A DNA stretch of 64,000 bases, taken from NCBI GenBank assembly GCA_017468465.1, contig JAFUIN010000014.1:3618-67617 (forward strand), given 5' to 3'. Below are positions 41,072-50,302 of the stretch, piece by piece. Position 1 is the stretch's first letter. Every line of letters starts with the position of its first letter. Origin of the DNA: Clostridia bacterium (lineage in GTDB: Bacteria; Bacillota; Clostridia; UMGS1840). The translations under genes and the position numbers were made by a program. Under the pieces are notes generated by a model. It was not told the origin of the DNA, made no database searches, and worked only from the letters and a program-made list of their open reading frames with translations.

Positions 41072-42565
41072 TTATTTTTCTAATGTGGTTTCTTTTGCTG
41101 TCAGGATAAATTTTAGAATCTTTGTAAAATGTAAGACAGCAAGGTAACATACAGCACCGATTGCCACCGGCAGAATAAACATCAGCTTGTTGGAATATCC
41201 CACGGTGTATCGGAAGATAAGATGTGCCACTATAAATATCAGAGATGCCAATAAGATAAGGCCAATGTTTTTTAAGAATTTTTGATTCACAAATCCACTG
41301 ATTTCTTTTTTCAGCCAATAGAACATGACACCTGCAAATAACAGACAAATTACGGTGGTTGAACCTACAATGCCGAAGAAAGAGTTTTTGAAAATGGCGT
41401 TTGCAATAATGTTCAAAAGAAGAATGGAAACAGCAGAAATTACGGTGAGCTTATATTTTCCTTTTGCATAAAAAATCTTGAATAAAAGCTCCTGTGTGAT
41501 ATAACCGAATACACAGAAAGAGTACAGTAAGAATGCAGGCGCAACCAGATTTACCGATTCCATTGTGAATTCGCCCCGCAAATATAAGAGAGTGATAATC
41601 TCTTTATGATAAATTCCAACAATCATCAAAAACGGAATAAAAATGGCAAACATAAAGGTTAGTGCATACCGAATCAGACTGTTAATTTGTTGGGTGTCAT
41701 TTTCCTTCATTGCTTTGGTTACAGACGGAAAGAAAACCGCTGACATTGCAACCAGGAAAATGCTGGAGACAGTGGTGAACAGGGTGCTGGCGTAGTGAAT
41801 AGCAGAGGGAAAGCCTTCACTGACACTGGCAAATGATTTATCAATAATAAACAAAAACTGAAATACCATATTGGAAATTAAGATAAATAAAATTTCAGTA
41901 GGATTTACTGATTTCAGCTTTTCTTTTTGATTGGTATTGCTCCACAGTTTGTAATTTTGTTTTAAGAGGGAGGGAAGCAGAAAGAGAAAGTGTGCTGCCC
42001 ATCCCAGTGTGGTGACTGCGCCCAAGGTGTAGATATCCCGAACACCCAGAATCATACTGCAGATGAGAATGAGGTTAAAGGGAAAACTTACTACTGAAGT
42101 GATAAAGAATTTGTTCTTGTTTTGAAGCAGTCCCATTGCGGTATATGTGAGAACAATAAAGGTGAGCGAGGGCAGCATAATCCAGAACAGGCGAAGTGCA
42201 ACCAAAAAATCGGCTGCAGAAAGACCCGGTAAAAGCAGTTTCGTCAGCGGATAGGACAAAAGATACAACAACACAGTAAAAGCCAGGGAAAAAATCAGAG
42301 CATACTTAAAAAAGAAACCCACAAATTCCCGTTCTTCGGTTTCATCCTGAATCATTTTATTATTGATGCTTTTAATTACAAAGGTGGAGAGTGCAACGCC
42401 AAATGCCGTAAAAATGACACTGGCAACCGAGAAAACCTGGGCATAAATGTCCATGGTAAGTCCGGTTCCGAAATTGTTGCCCAAAAACAGCTCCCGAACA
42501 AAGCCCATAGCCTTTGCCAGAAGAATTCCCACCACCATCAAAATGTAGGAAATACTTAAATTCAT
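41072..42565 (-). CDS. murJ: MurJ/MviN-family lipid II flippase (MOP superfamily)
   Basis: 497 aa with about 14 TM helices. N-terminus AKAMGFVRELFLGNNFGTGLTMDIY is typical of MurJ. Confidence 0.75.
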   Translation of the reverse strand: MNLSISYILMVVGILLAKAMGFVRELFLGNNFGTGLTMDIYAQVFSVASVIFTAFGVALSTFVIKSINNKMIQDETEEREFVGFFFKYALIFSLAFTVLLYLLSYPLTKLLLPGLSAADFLVALRLFWIMLPSLTFIVLTYTAMGLLQNKNKFFITSVVSFPFNLILICSMILGVRDIYTLGAVTTLGWAAHFLFLLPSLLKQNYKLWSNTNQKEKLKSVNPTEILFILISNMVFQFLFIIDKSFASVSEGFPSAIHYASTLFTTVSSIFLVAMSAVFFPSVTKAMKENDTQQINSLIRYALTFMFAIFIPFLMIVGIYHKEIITLLYLRGEFTMESVNLVAPAFLLYSFCVFGYITQELLFKIFYAKGKYKLTVISAVSILLLNIIANAIFKNSFFGIVGSTTVICLLFAGVMFYWLKKEISGFVNQKFLKNIGLILLASLIFIVAHLIFRYTVGYSNKLMFILPVAIGAVCYLAVLHFTKILKFILTAKETTLEK

Positions 42566-42626
42566 AGCAACCGTCTGTGAAGTGTCACAGTCCTTTCTGA
42601 ACTCAAAAAAGGTTATTTTGAGTCAA

Positions 42627-43979
42627 TTATTCTCGTTCTTCCATCGGAGTGTATACAGTATCCTTGGATACACATTTATAGGCAGGACGCATAATTTTTT
42701 TGTTCATGGAAATTTCTTCCAAGATATGTGCACCCCAGCCTGCAATTCTGGAAATTGCAAATAAGGGGGTGAACAATTCTTTCGGGATATTCAGCATCTG
42801 ATATACAAAGCCGGAATACAAGTCCACATTGGCACAGATAATTTTGTTGGTTTTGCGATTGATTACCACAGGCGCAAGACGCTCAACCGCTTCATATACA
42901 CGGAATTGCTGCATTGCACCTTTTTCTTCTGCAAGCTCTCTTGCTTTTTCACGAAGCAATTCTGCACGGGGGTCGGAAATGGTATATACTGCATGACCCA
43001 TACCATAAATCAGCCCGCTTTTATCATAAGCTTTTTTATCCAAAATTTTTGCAAGATAGTCCATAATTTCGTCGTCATTATCCCAATCTTTTACATGGGC
43101 ACACAAATCTTCCATCATTTCAACCACCTTGATGTTGGCGCCGCCGTGACGGGGGCCTTTCAAGGAGCCGATTGCAGCTGCAATGGCAGAATACACGTCG
43201 GTACCGGAGGAGGTTACTACGTGAGTGGTGAAGGTGGAGTTATTACCACCGCCATGTTCCGCGTGAAGAATCAGCATCAGGTCTAAAATTTCTGCTTCCA
43301 ACGGTGAGAATTTCCGGTTGGTACGGATTAAATGCAGAAAGTTTTCTGCAATGGAATATTCTTCTTTGGAACGGTGCAATACCAAGCTTTTTCCGTCAAA
43401 GTAATGTTTTTTTGCCTGATAACCATATGCAGCAATTACACTTAAGCGTGAAATCAGCTCAATGACCTGACGAATGACATTGGGAATGCTGGTGTCATCG
43501 GGGGTATTATCGTAAGAATACAAGGACAAAACACCTCTTGCAAGCTTGTTCATAATATCCTTACTAGGTGCTTTTAAGATCATATCTTCGGTGAAGCCAT
43601 AGGGTAATTCACGGTATGATGCGATGGTGTCACAAAAGGTTTCAAATTCTTCTTTATTGGGAAGCTTTGAGAACAGCAGCAAAAAGATGACTTCTTCAAA
43701 GCCCATTCTTTTTCCTTTCAACCCTGCGATAATATCGCGGATTTCAATGCCACGGTAAGAAAGCTTGCCGGGGATTGCAACCTTTTCGTCGTTTTCTATG
43801 ATATAACTGCTGACGTTACCAACAGTGGTCAGGCCAACCAGAACACCGGTTCCGTTGGCATTACGCAGACCTCTTTTTACATCGTATTTTGTATAAAGAG
43901 ATGAATCAACCTGAGAAAATTCATCTACTTTGTGAGACAGATTTTCAATATATTCCGGGGTTAAGTGCGTTTTATTCAT
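42627..43979 (-). CDS. Citrate synthase (Si-type citrate/2-methylcitrate synthase family)
   Basis: Motifs LHAEHGGGNNSTF, GPRHGGAN, GMGHAVYTISDPRA. The ATG at 43979 follows AAGGAG. The upstream 22 codons of the track ORF lack an RBS. Confidence 0.9.
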   Translation of the reverse strand: MNKTHLTPEYIENLSHKVDEFSQVDSSLYTKYDVKRGLRNANGTGVLVGLTTVGNVSSYIIENDEKVAIPGKLSYRGIEIRDIIAGLKGKRMGFEEVIFLLLFSKLPNKEEFETFCDTIASYRELPYGFTEDMILKAPSKDIMNKLARGVLSLYSYDNTPDDTSIPNVIRQVIELISRLSVIAAYGYQAKKHYFDGKSLVLHRSKEEYSIAENFLHLIRTNRKFSPLEAEILDLMLILHAEHGGGNNSTFTTHVVTSSGTDVYSAIAAAIGSLKGPRHGGANIKVVEMMEDLCAHVKDWDNDDEIMDYLAKILDKKAYDKSGLIYGMGHAVYTISDPRAELLREKARELAEEKGAMQQFRVYEAVERLAPVVINRKTNKIICANVDLYSGFVYQMLNIPKELFTPLFAISRIAGWGAHILEEISMNKKIMRPAYKCVSKDTVYTPMEERE

Positions 43980-44062
43980 AATTGTATCGCTCCTTTTGGT
44001 TGGTTTTACGCAAAAAATAAATTGGATTTTTTCCTTTATATGCAAAAAATGCCTTTTAACAC

Positions 44063-44091
44063 ATTTTACAATAAAATGGCGAAATAGTCAA
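44063..44091 (-). promoter_or_regulatory. Putative sigma-A promoter for citrate synthase
   Basis: On the minus strand: TTGACT, 17 nt, TAAAAT. It lies about 85 nt upstream of the ATG. Confidence 0.5.
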
Positions 44092-44130
44092 CATGAAATC
44101 AAATAAAATTGTAAAAATATTTGAAATCAG

Positions 44131-44159
44131 TTGACATTCTATGCTGATTTTGCTAAAAT
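44131..44159 (+). promoter_or_regulatory. Putative sigma-A promoter for lepB-rbgA-rnhB-yraN
   Basis: TTGACA, 17 nt, TAAAAT. It lies about 65 nt upstream of the lepB ATG. Confidence 0.55.
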
Positions 44160-44225
44160 TACAATGATATTAAAATTCATTTTCAGAAAAATTTTTATGA
44201 GAAAAACAGAAAGAAGGCAGATACT

Positions 44226-44918
44226 ATGAATTTTGAGCAGGAAGCCAACAAAGAAGAAACCACTCTGGAACAAGAGGAAGTTGTTTCAAAAGAAATTGTC
44301 CGGGAGTCTACGCCCGTTGAAGACAATCAGGCTGAGGAACCCGCAACCCAAGAACCGCAGCCGGATGGAAAAGAAAAAAAAGGCTGGAAACGTGAATTGA
44401 TAGAATGGATTGAATCGTTAGGAATTGCCATTGTTGTTGTGTTGTTGCTCACCAACTTTGTGTTCCGTTTTGTTGTCGTAAGCGGAAGCTCCATGGAGCC
44501 TACGCTGCACGATAAAAACCGCTTGTTTGTGTACCGTTTAGGGTATGAGCCGGAAAACGGAGACATCATTGTATTTGAACCTCGAGGAGCACAGAATCAA
44601 TATTATGTAAAACGTGTTATCGCAACCGAAGGACAGACAGTTGACATCCGTGACGGTGATGTGTATGTAGACGGTGTGAAACTGGAAGAAGAGTATATTG
44701 CAGCAAAAATTATGTCTGACTATCCCGGCCAGTATCCCAAAACCGTGCCGGAGGATTGTGTGTTCGTGTTGGGGGATAATCGTAATGCAAGCCGTGACAG
44801 CCGTGACGAAACCGGCGTTGGCATGGTAGAAGAAAAATCCATTGTGGGCAAAGCATTATTCCGTATTTTGCCCCTCAATGAAATTGGCGGCTTATACGAC
44901 AACTATAATCTTAAATAA
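44226..44918 (+). CDS. lepB: Signal peptidase I
   Basis: Motifs SGSSMEPTL (catalytic Ser), YVKRVIA (Lys), GDNRNASRDSR. Acidic N-terminal extension plus a TM helix. Confidence 0.92.
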   Translation: MNFEQEANKEETTLEQEEVVSKEIVRESTPVEDNQAEEPATQEPQPDGKEKKGWKRELIEWIESLGIAIVVVLLLTNFVFRFVVVSGSSMEPTLHDKNRLFVYRLGYEPENGDIIVFEPRGAQNQYYVKRVIATEGQTVDIRDGDVYVDGVKLEEEYIAAKIMSDYPGQYPKTVPEDCVFVLGDNRNASRDSRDETGVGMVEEKSIVGKALFRILPLNEIGGLYDNYNLK

Positions 44919-44937
44919 TCAGTTTGGAGAAAAGACT

Positions 44938-45789
44938 ATGAATATCAACTGGTATCCGGGTCACATGGCGAAAACCAAACGTCTGATTTCGGAGGATTTG
45001 AAACTGGTAGATGCGGTGGTTGAAGTGCTGGATGCCAGAATACCCCTTTCTTCCAAAAATCCTGATATTGACGTTTTGTGTCAGAATAAACCGAAAATTG
45101 TATTACTCAATAAAGCCGATATGGCAGATGACGGGGTTACTGAGCAATGGATTTCCTACTATAAAAAGCAGGGGATTTTAGCTTTGAAGGTGAATTGTTC
45201 GTCCGGCGAAGGATTAAAACGTATTTCTTCCGATTTGAAAGAACTGTTAAAAGAAAAATTGGAACGGAATCGTCAAAAAGGTGTTTTCAAGCCTATTCGT
45301 ATTATGGTTGTGGGGATTCCCAATTCGGGCAAGTCATCGTTTATTAACCGTATGGCAAATAAACAGCGCCTAAAAACAGAGGACCGTCCGGGTGTTACAG
45401 TGCATAAGCAATGGGTGAAAATTTCTAACGAAATTGAGTTGATGGATACGCCGGGGATTTTGTGGCCAAAGCTGGGAGACGAGAAGGTTGCACTGCATCT
45501 GGCATTTACAGGAGCAATTAAGAGTCAGATTCTGGATGTAGAGGAAATCGGCTTACACCTGATTGATTATTTATATCAGAATCAGAAAGAAAAGCTGGAA
45601 GAACGCTATCAGATTGTTGTGGAAGAATCGGATGACAGATTAACCTTATATGATAAAATTGCGTTTAAGCGGGGATACATTTTTAAGAAAAACGACCCCG
45701 ATTATGAACGGTGTGCCAATGCCGTTTTAGATGATTTCAAAAATGCCCGTTTCGGGAAAATTTCTTTGGAATCGCCGGAGGATATATGA
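44938..45789 (+). CDS. rbgA: Ribosome biogenesis GTPase A (YlqF/RbgA)
   Basis: WYPGHMAKTKR. Permuted G motifs NKADMAD then GIPNSGKSSFINR, DTPGILWPK. The ATG at 44938 follows GGAGAAAAG. Confidence 0.92.
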   Translation: MNINWYPGHMAKTKRLISEDLKLVDAVVEVLDARIPLSSKNPDIDVLCQNKPKIVLLNKADMADDGVTEQWISYYKKQGILALKVNCSSGEGLKRISSDLKELLKEKLERNRQKGVFKPIRIMVVGIPNSGKSSFINRMANKQRLKTEDRPGVTVHKQWVKISNEIELMDTPGILWPKLGDEKVALHLAFTGAIKSQILDVEEIGLHLIDYLYQNQKEKLEERYQIVVEESDDRLTLYDKIAFKRGYIFKKNDPDYERCANAVLDDFKNARFGKISLESPEDI

Positions 45790-46394
45790 ACCAATTTATA
45801 GACGATTTTGAGTTGATCGGTGATGGGAAAGCCTATTCCTATATTTGCGGTGTCGACGAAGCCGGCAGAGGGCCTCTTTGCGGACCGGTTGCTGCTGCTG
45901 CGGTGATTATGCCGAGGGATTCTCTGATTGAGGGGGTCAACGATTCCAAAAAGCTTACCGAGAAAAAGAGAGAAGCTTTGTATGAAGAAATTGTGAAGAA
46001 AGCGATTGCGTATCACGTTTGTTTGATTGATAATGAAGAAATTGATAAAATCAATATCTTGAATGCAACTTTGAAAGCCATGGAGGGTGCGATTAACGGG
46101 TTGAAAATCAAAGCAGATTTTGCTTTGATTGACGGAAATCAGAACCGTGGCATTACCACTCCGAGTAAAACCGTTGTGAAAGGTGACAGCAAATCCTACA
46201 GTATTGCCTGTGCATCCATTCTTGCCAAGGTGACCAGAGACAGGTTGCTTGAGGAATATGATGCCTTATACCCGGAATATGGGTTTTCCAAGCATAAAGG
46301 TTACGGCACAAAAGCACATTATGAAGCAATCTTGAAATATGGGATCACCCCGATTCACAGACGAACATTTTTGAAAAAAATTCTGGAGCAATAA
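45786..46394 (+). CDS. rnhB: Ribonuclease HII
   Basis: Motifs GVDEAGRGPLCGPV, DSKKLT, GYGT. ATGA overlap with rbgA. Confidence 0.93.
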   Translation: MNQFIDDFELIGDGKAYSYICGVDEAGRGPLCGPVAAAAVIMPRDSLIEGVNDSKKLTEKKREALYEEIVKKAIAYHVCLIDNEEIDKINILNATLKAMEGAINGLKIKADFALIDGNQNRGITTPSKTVVKGDSKSYSIACASILAKVTRDRLLEEYDALYPEYGFSKHKGYGTKAHYEAILKYGITPIHRRTFLKKILEQ

Positions 46395-46395
46395 T

Positions 46396-46764
46396 ATGGA
46401 AAAATACCGTCAGAAAATCGGAGCAATCGGCGAAAAAAAGGCAAAGATATATTTGAAACTGCATGGATATGAGATTCTGGAGTGCAATTTTCGGACAAAA
46501 AGCGGAGAACTGGATATTATCGCAAAAGAAAAAGAATGTATTGTGTTTGTGGAAGTAAAAACCAGAACCAATCAGGAATATGGCACTCCATCGGAAGCGG
46601 TTTCATACTATAAAAGACAGCATATGTACCAAAGTGCCAGACATTATTTGAAGCGGTTTCCCACCGAGGTGGAATGCCGTTTTGATGTGGTGGAAGTGAT
46701 ACTCACAAAACATGGTTTTTTTTGGAGAGCAAAAATTGAACACTTACAAAATGTGATACAGTGA
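46396..46764 (+). CDS. yraN: YraN-family (UPF0102) endonuclease-like protein
   Basis: 122 aa. Motifs GELDIIA and VFVEVKTR. The position after rnhB is conserved. Confidence 0.85.
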   Translation: MEKYRQKIGAIGEKKAKIYLKLHGYEILECNFRTKSGELDIIAKEKECIVFVEVKTRTNQEYGTPSEAVSYYKRQHMYQSARHYLKRFPTEVECRFDVVEVILTKHGFFWRAKIEHLQNVIQ

Positions 46765-46771
46765 GGCTGTT

Positions 46772-47446
46772 ATGAAAAAATTCACACAAACGCTGAAAGA
46801 ATTTTTAATGGCAAACGGAGCAAGCGATGTAGGGTTTTCCCGGGTGTCATATCAAGATTTGGAATATGCCGTAACCATTGTGGTGAAGCTATCTGATTAT
46901 GTGATATCCCAAATTGAGGGAGCCCCTACCTACACCTACTTCAATCACTATAAAACTGCCAATGCACTGATTGACCGGTTAGGGCTTTTGTGCGGTCAAA
47001 GAATTGAAGAAAGAGGCGGACTTTATATGCCTATTCCAGCCTCCCAGACGGTAAACGGCCACAATACCTATGCTGGAGAATATTCTCACAAAAAAGCAGC
47101 TGTTTATGCAGGGCTTGGAACCATTGGAAAAAATGCCTTGTTTTTACATAACACATACGGTCCTGCTGTTCGTTTGGGAACCGTATTTACCAATCTTCCT
47201 TTAGAAACAGGAGAGCCCCTTACCGAAAGCTTATGCGATGGTTGTGGCTTGTGTGTGAAAAGCTGTCCTGCTCAAGCGTTATACGGCAAATCTTTTTCCT
47301 GGGAAAATCCGGATGCTTCACTTCTGGACAGAAAAGCCTGTTCGGATTATATGAAACAGCATTTTATGCACATTGGCAGAGGTTCAGTGTGTGGCATTTG
47401 TATCAATAAATGTGTAAAGCATTTTCAAGAAAAGCAAGCTGAATAA
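46772..47446 (+). CDS. Short QueG/reductive-dehalogenase-like 4Fe-4S protein (224 aa)
   Basis: Motifs GLGTIGKNALFLHNTYGPAVRLGTVFTN, CDGCGLCVKSCP, CGICINKC. About 150 aa shorter than canonical QueG. Confidence 0.6.
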   Translation: MKKFTQTLKEFLMANGASDVGFSRVSYQDLEYAVTIVVKLSDYVISQIEGAPTYTYFNHYKTANALIDRLGLLCGQRIEERGGLYMPIPASQTVNGHNTYAGEYSHKKAAVYAGLGTIGKNALFLHNTYGPAVRLGTVFTNLPLETGEPLTESLCDGCGLCVKSCPAQALYGKSFSWENPDASLLDRKACSDYMKQHFMHIGRGSVCGICINKCVKHFQEKQAE

Positions 47447-47465
47447 GTCATTCAGCTTGCTTTTC
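47429..47465. terminator. Bidirectional terminator hairpin (16-bp perfect stem) spanning the stop codon of the QueG-like gene
   Basis: GAAAAGCAAGCTGAAT-AAGTC-ATTCAGCTTGCTTTTC. Lies between convergent genes. Confidence 0.7.
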
Positions 47466-47468
47466 TTG

Positions 47469-48764
47469 TTATCTGTAATACTGATGGTTCCATTTTAAGC
47501 TGCGAAGAATTTGAGGTTCTTTTTCCGTGAGCTTCACACTTTGATATAACATTTCCGCTGTTTGCGCTTTGTTTAATGGTGCATAAGGGCGGATGGTGTT
47601 ATCCGGAAATCCTTTTATAATGCCATAGTTTACCAAATTGATAAAATGGTCTCTTGCCCAGGTCGGAATATCATCACGGTCTGAAAAATAAAGCTTGTCT
47701 TGGGACTTTGTTTTTGGAGCAATCATTTTCCCAAGTATTGTTACAGCTTGAGAACGGGTTAATTCCTGATAGGGATGAATATACAGCTTGCTTTCTTCCT
47801 TTACGCCTTCCAAAATACCCATTTGTGTTGCCAATGCGGCAATTTTTCTGATATATTCCGGTAAGCTTTGAGCATCTTCGTAGCGGTCAGCATATCCTAA
47901 CTGTGCAGTATCCAGATGAAAGCCGCCTGCAGCCAGCACATAGTTCAGAAATTCCCAGCGAGTCATTTTTTTGTCGGGATGAAAATAGTATTTTCCGCCG
48001 CTCATTTCTCCATGCAGAATACCACGGTCTGCTAAATTTCCGGCAGCATAATTGACCCAATGGTTTTTCAAATCTTCGTGTGCAAACACCGGTAACGGTG
48101 TTACAGATTCGGTTACAGTAACCGTTACCGTTGCTTTATTTTCGGGATTTCCAAGTTCCTGATATGTGAAGCTGTCTTCCCCCACAAAATTGTGATTCGG
48201 GGTGTAAATTACCGTATGATAATTTTCATCCTTTGCGGTCAGAGTCCCGTGCGTTGGCGGAGAGGGAATCGTAATTTGAAGGTGTCCCTGGTATGTTGCA
48301 GGATAAAGAGGCATTTCCCGGGCAATATTTTTTTCGGTGCCATAGTACAAATCAGAAAGAACCGGTGGCTTTTGCATCGTAATATATTCGATGGTGAAGC
48401 TTGCTTCGTTGGATAAACGGGTTCCTGAAACCACCTGGAAGCGAAATGAAGCTTTTCCTAAAAAGTTTTTGACGGGCACAAAATTTACTGTTTCTATTTC
48501 GCGAAAGGGAATGCTTTCATTCTGTAAAACAGGTTGTCCATTTTTTTGTAAAATTCCAGCATCAGCCGATGGAAGCGTTGTGATTTTTACGCTGTCGGGA
48601 GAGAAACTGTCCTTAAGGGCAGCAAGAAATTCATTTTGCTTCAAATTGTAAGTGGCATTTTGTTCCAATGTTAGGAGAATATTTCCCACTGTCAGCGTTT
48701 GAGCGATTGAATTTGTGGGAAAAACAAAGAACAATAATAACAGAATCGTTAGTTTTTTTATCAT
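47469..48764 (-). CDS. Secreted protein with Ig/cadherin-like repeats and three C-terminal SLH domains
   Basis: The ATG at 48764 follows AAGGA. Signal peptide MIKKLTILLLLFFVFPTNSIAQ. A PTHGTL...YTPNHNFVGEDSFTY repeat. SLH repeats (HWVNYAAGNLADRGILHG, IPTWARDHFINLVNYGIIKGF). Confidence 0.8.
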   Translation of the reverse strand: MIKKLTILLLLFFVFPTNSIAQTLTVGNILLTLEQNATYNLKQNEFLAALKDSFSPDSVKITTLPSADAGILQKNGQPVLQNESIPFREIETVNFVPVKNFLGKASFRFQVVSGTRLSNEASFTIEYITMQKPPVLSDLYYGTEKNIAREMPLYPATYQGHLQITIPSPPTHGTLTAKDENYHTVIYTPNHNFVGEDSFTYQELGNPENKATVTVTVTESVTPLPVFAHEDLKNHWVNYAAGNLADRGILHGEMSGGKYYFHPDKKMTRWEFLNYVLAAGGFHLDTAQLGYADRYEDAQSLPEYIRKIAALATQMGILEGVKEESKLYIHPYQELTRSQAVTILGKMIAPKTKSQDKLYFSDRDDIPTWARDHFINLVNYGIIKGFPDNTIRPYAPLNKAQTAEMLYQSVKLTEKEPQILRSLKWNHQYYR

Positions 48765-48882
48765 AGCAGCACATCCTTTTTTTGATTGTTTCTTATAGCT
48801 TGTGAATTTTCGAGATTTATCATTCAAAAAACGAACCGGAAAAAGAAAATATGATTTGTTTTCGATATTTTTTAGAAAAATA

Positions 48883-48911
48883 TTGCTATTTACATTCCTT
48901 TATGGTATAAT
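48883..48911 (+). promoter_or_regulatory. Putative sigma-A promoter for the Cys-rich membrane protein / ECF-S operon
   Basis: TTGCTA, 17 nt, TATAAT. It lies about 45 nt upstream of the ATG at 48958. Confidence 0.5.
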
Positions 48912-48957
48912 AAAATAGTCAAAAAATATAGCATTATTATCCTGCAAGGAGTAATTC

Positions 48958-49701
48958 ATGCAAAATATTACGGATACAACATCAAAAACAAGAGGCATCT
49001 ATATTCTTAGACTCGTTGGCAGAATCATTGTTTTTTGTGCCCTTATTTATTTGTTTATTTTTCATCAAGATACCTTTGATATTGTTGAAGGATGGCGTTT
49101 TTTTGAAACATTTTCGCCCCTTCATTTGTTATGGCTGATCTGGATGTGGGATATGCTGTTACAGCTGATTCCCGTAAAAGCACATATTTCCATTGGTTCG
49201 CAAAAGGTGTTTGAGTCGTTTTTTCGCCCGATAAAGGAAAAAGTGAACTATCAAAATTTGAAACATTATATCAAGCAGACAACTAAAGCAGCATATCGTG
49301 TGATGATTTTATGGCTTGCTGTGACCGGTGTTGTCAGCGTGCTGTATTTGAGCGGTACGATCAATCGGGCTGCTATGATTTTGATAGCTGCATTCTTTTA
49401 TGTGTGCGATTTGATTTGTGTTTTGGTGTGGTGCCCATTTCGTTTGATCATGAAGAATAAATGCTGTACTACTTGCAGAATTTTTAATTGGGACCACTTT
49501 ATGATGTTTTTTCCTATCATTGCAGTGAATAGCTTTTTTTCCTGGACACTTGTTCTGATGTCGGTTTTTATTTGGGGTGTGTGGGAATTTTGTGTATTTT
49601 TATATCCTGAAAGATTTTGGGAAAACAGTAATATGGCTTTGCTTTGCTCAGAATGCAGCGACAAATTGTGTACACAATATTGCAGAAAGCTACGAAGATA
49701 G
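48958..49701 (+). CDS. Polytopic (about 6 TM) Cys-rich membrane protein, function unknown
   Basis: Six hydrophobic helices. Cys clusters CPFRLIMKNKCCTTC and CSECSDKLCTQYC. I recognise no family. Confidence 0.55.
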   Translation: MQNITDTTSKTRGIYILRLVGRIIVFCALIYLFIFHQDTFDIVEGWRFFETFSPLHLLWLIWMWDMLLQLIPVKAHISIGSQKVFESFFRPIKEKVNYQNLKHYIKQTTKAAYRVMILWLAVTGVVSVLYLSGTINRAAMILIAAFFYVCDLICVLVWCPFRLIMKNKCCTTCRIFNWDHFMMFFPIIAVNSFFSWTLVLMSVFIWGVWEFCVFLYPERFWENSNMALLCSECSDKLCTQYCRKLRR

Positions 49702-49719
49702 TTTGGCGTGGAGGAAGTT

Positions 49720-50256
49720 ATGAAACCAATCAAAAAAATGATTCTTGCCGCGTTATTTTTGGCAAGCGGATTTGTTCTGCCGTTGTTTACCGCACAGGTG
49801 AAAGAAATCGGAGACAGCTTGCTGCCCATGCACTTTCCTGTGATGCTATGCGGTTTGGTATGCGGACCGTGGTATGGATTGGCAGTGGGCTTTATTTTGC
49901 CGTTTTTCAGAAGTGTTTTATTTTCCATGCCACCCATTTATCCTAATGCCGTTTGGATGGCACTGGAGCTTGCAACCTATGGTGGCGTAATCGGTTGGTT
50001 TTATCAAAAATCGACCAAGAAAAATATTATTTCTGTATATTTTTCGTTGATAATTGCGATGCTTTTGGGCAGAATTATGTGGGGATTTTCAAAAACAGTT
50101 TTGCTGGGAATTTCAGGAAAATCATTTGGATTTGAAGCTTTTTTGGTTGGTGGCTTTCTGGATGCGATTCCGGGCATTATTCTTCAGCTTGTGCTGATTC
50201 CTGCCATGATGGCTCTGCTCCATAAAAAAACGGTTGCTTCGTTGAAAGCAGAATGA
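49720..50256 (+). CDS. ECF-transporter substrate-specific (S) component, substrate unknown
   Basis: 178 aa with about 5-6 TM helices. Motif LPMHFPVMLCGLVCGPWYGLAVGFILPF is typical of ECF S components. No EcfA/T genes are adjacent. Confidence 0.65.
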   Translation: MKPIKKMILAALFLASGFVLPLFTAQVKEIGDSLLPMHFPVMLCGLVCGPWYGLAVGFILPFFRSVLFSMPPIYPNAVWMALELATYGGVIGWFYQKSTKKNIISVYFSLIIAMLLGRIMWGFSKTVLLGISGKSFGFEAFLVGGFLDAIPGIILQLVLIPAMMALLHKKTVASLKAE

Positions 50257-50302
50257 ACCTGTAGTAAATTGAATCAATATAAATGTAGAGGAGAATTTCT
50301 TT

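Noticed and set aside
48828-48957. Possible riboswitch upstream of the ECF S-component operon. Likewise upstream of glnA (50257-50302).
   Set aside because: Leaders are only about 45 nt after the predicted promoter or the preceding stop codon. They are AT-rich with no conserved structured core, so they are too short for a riboswitch aptamer.
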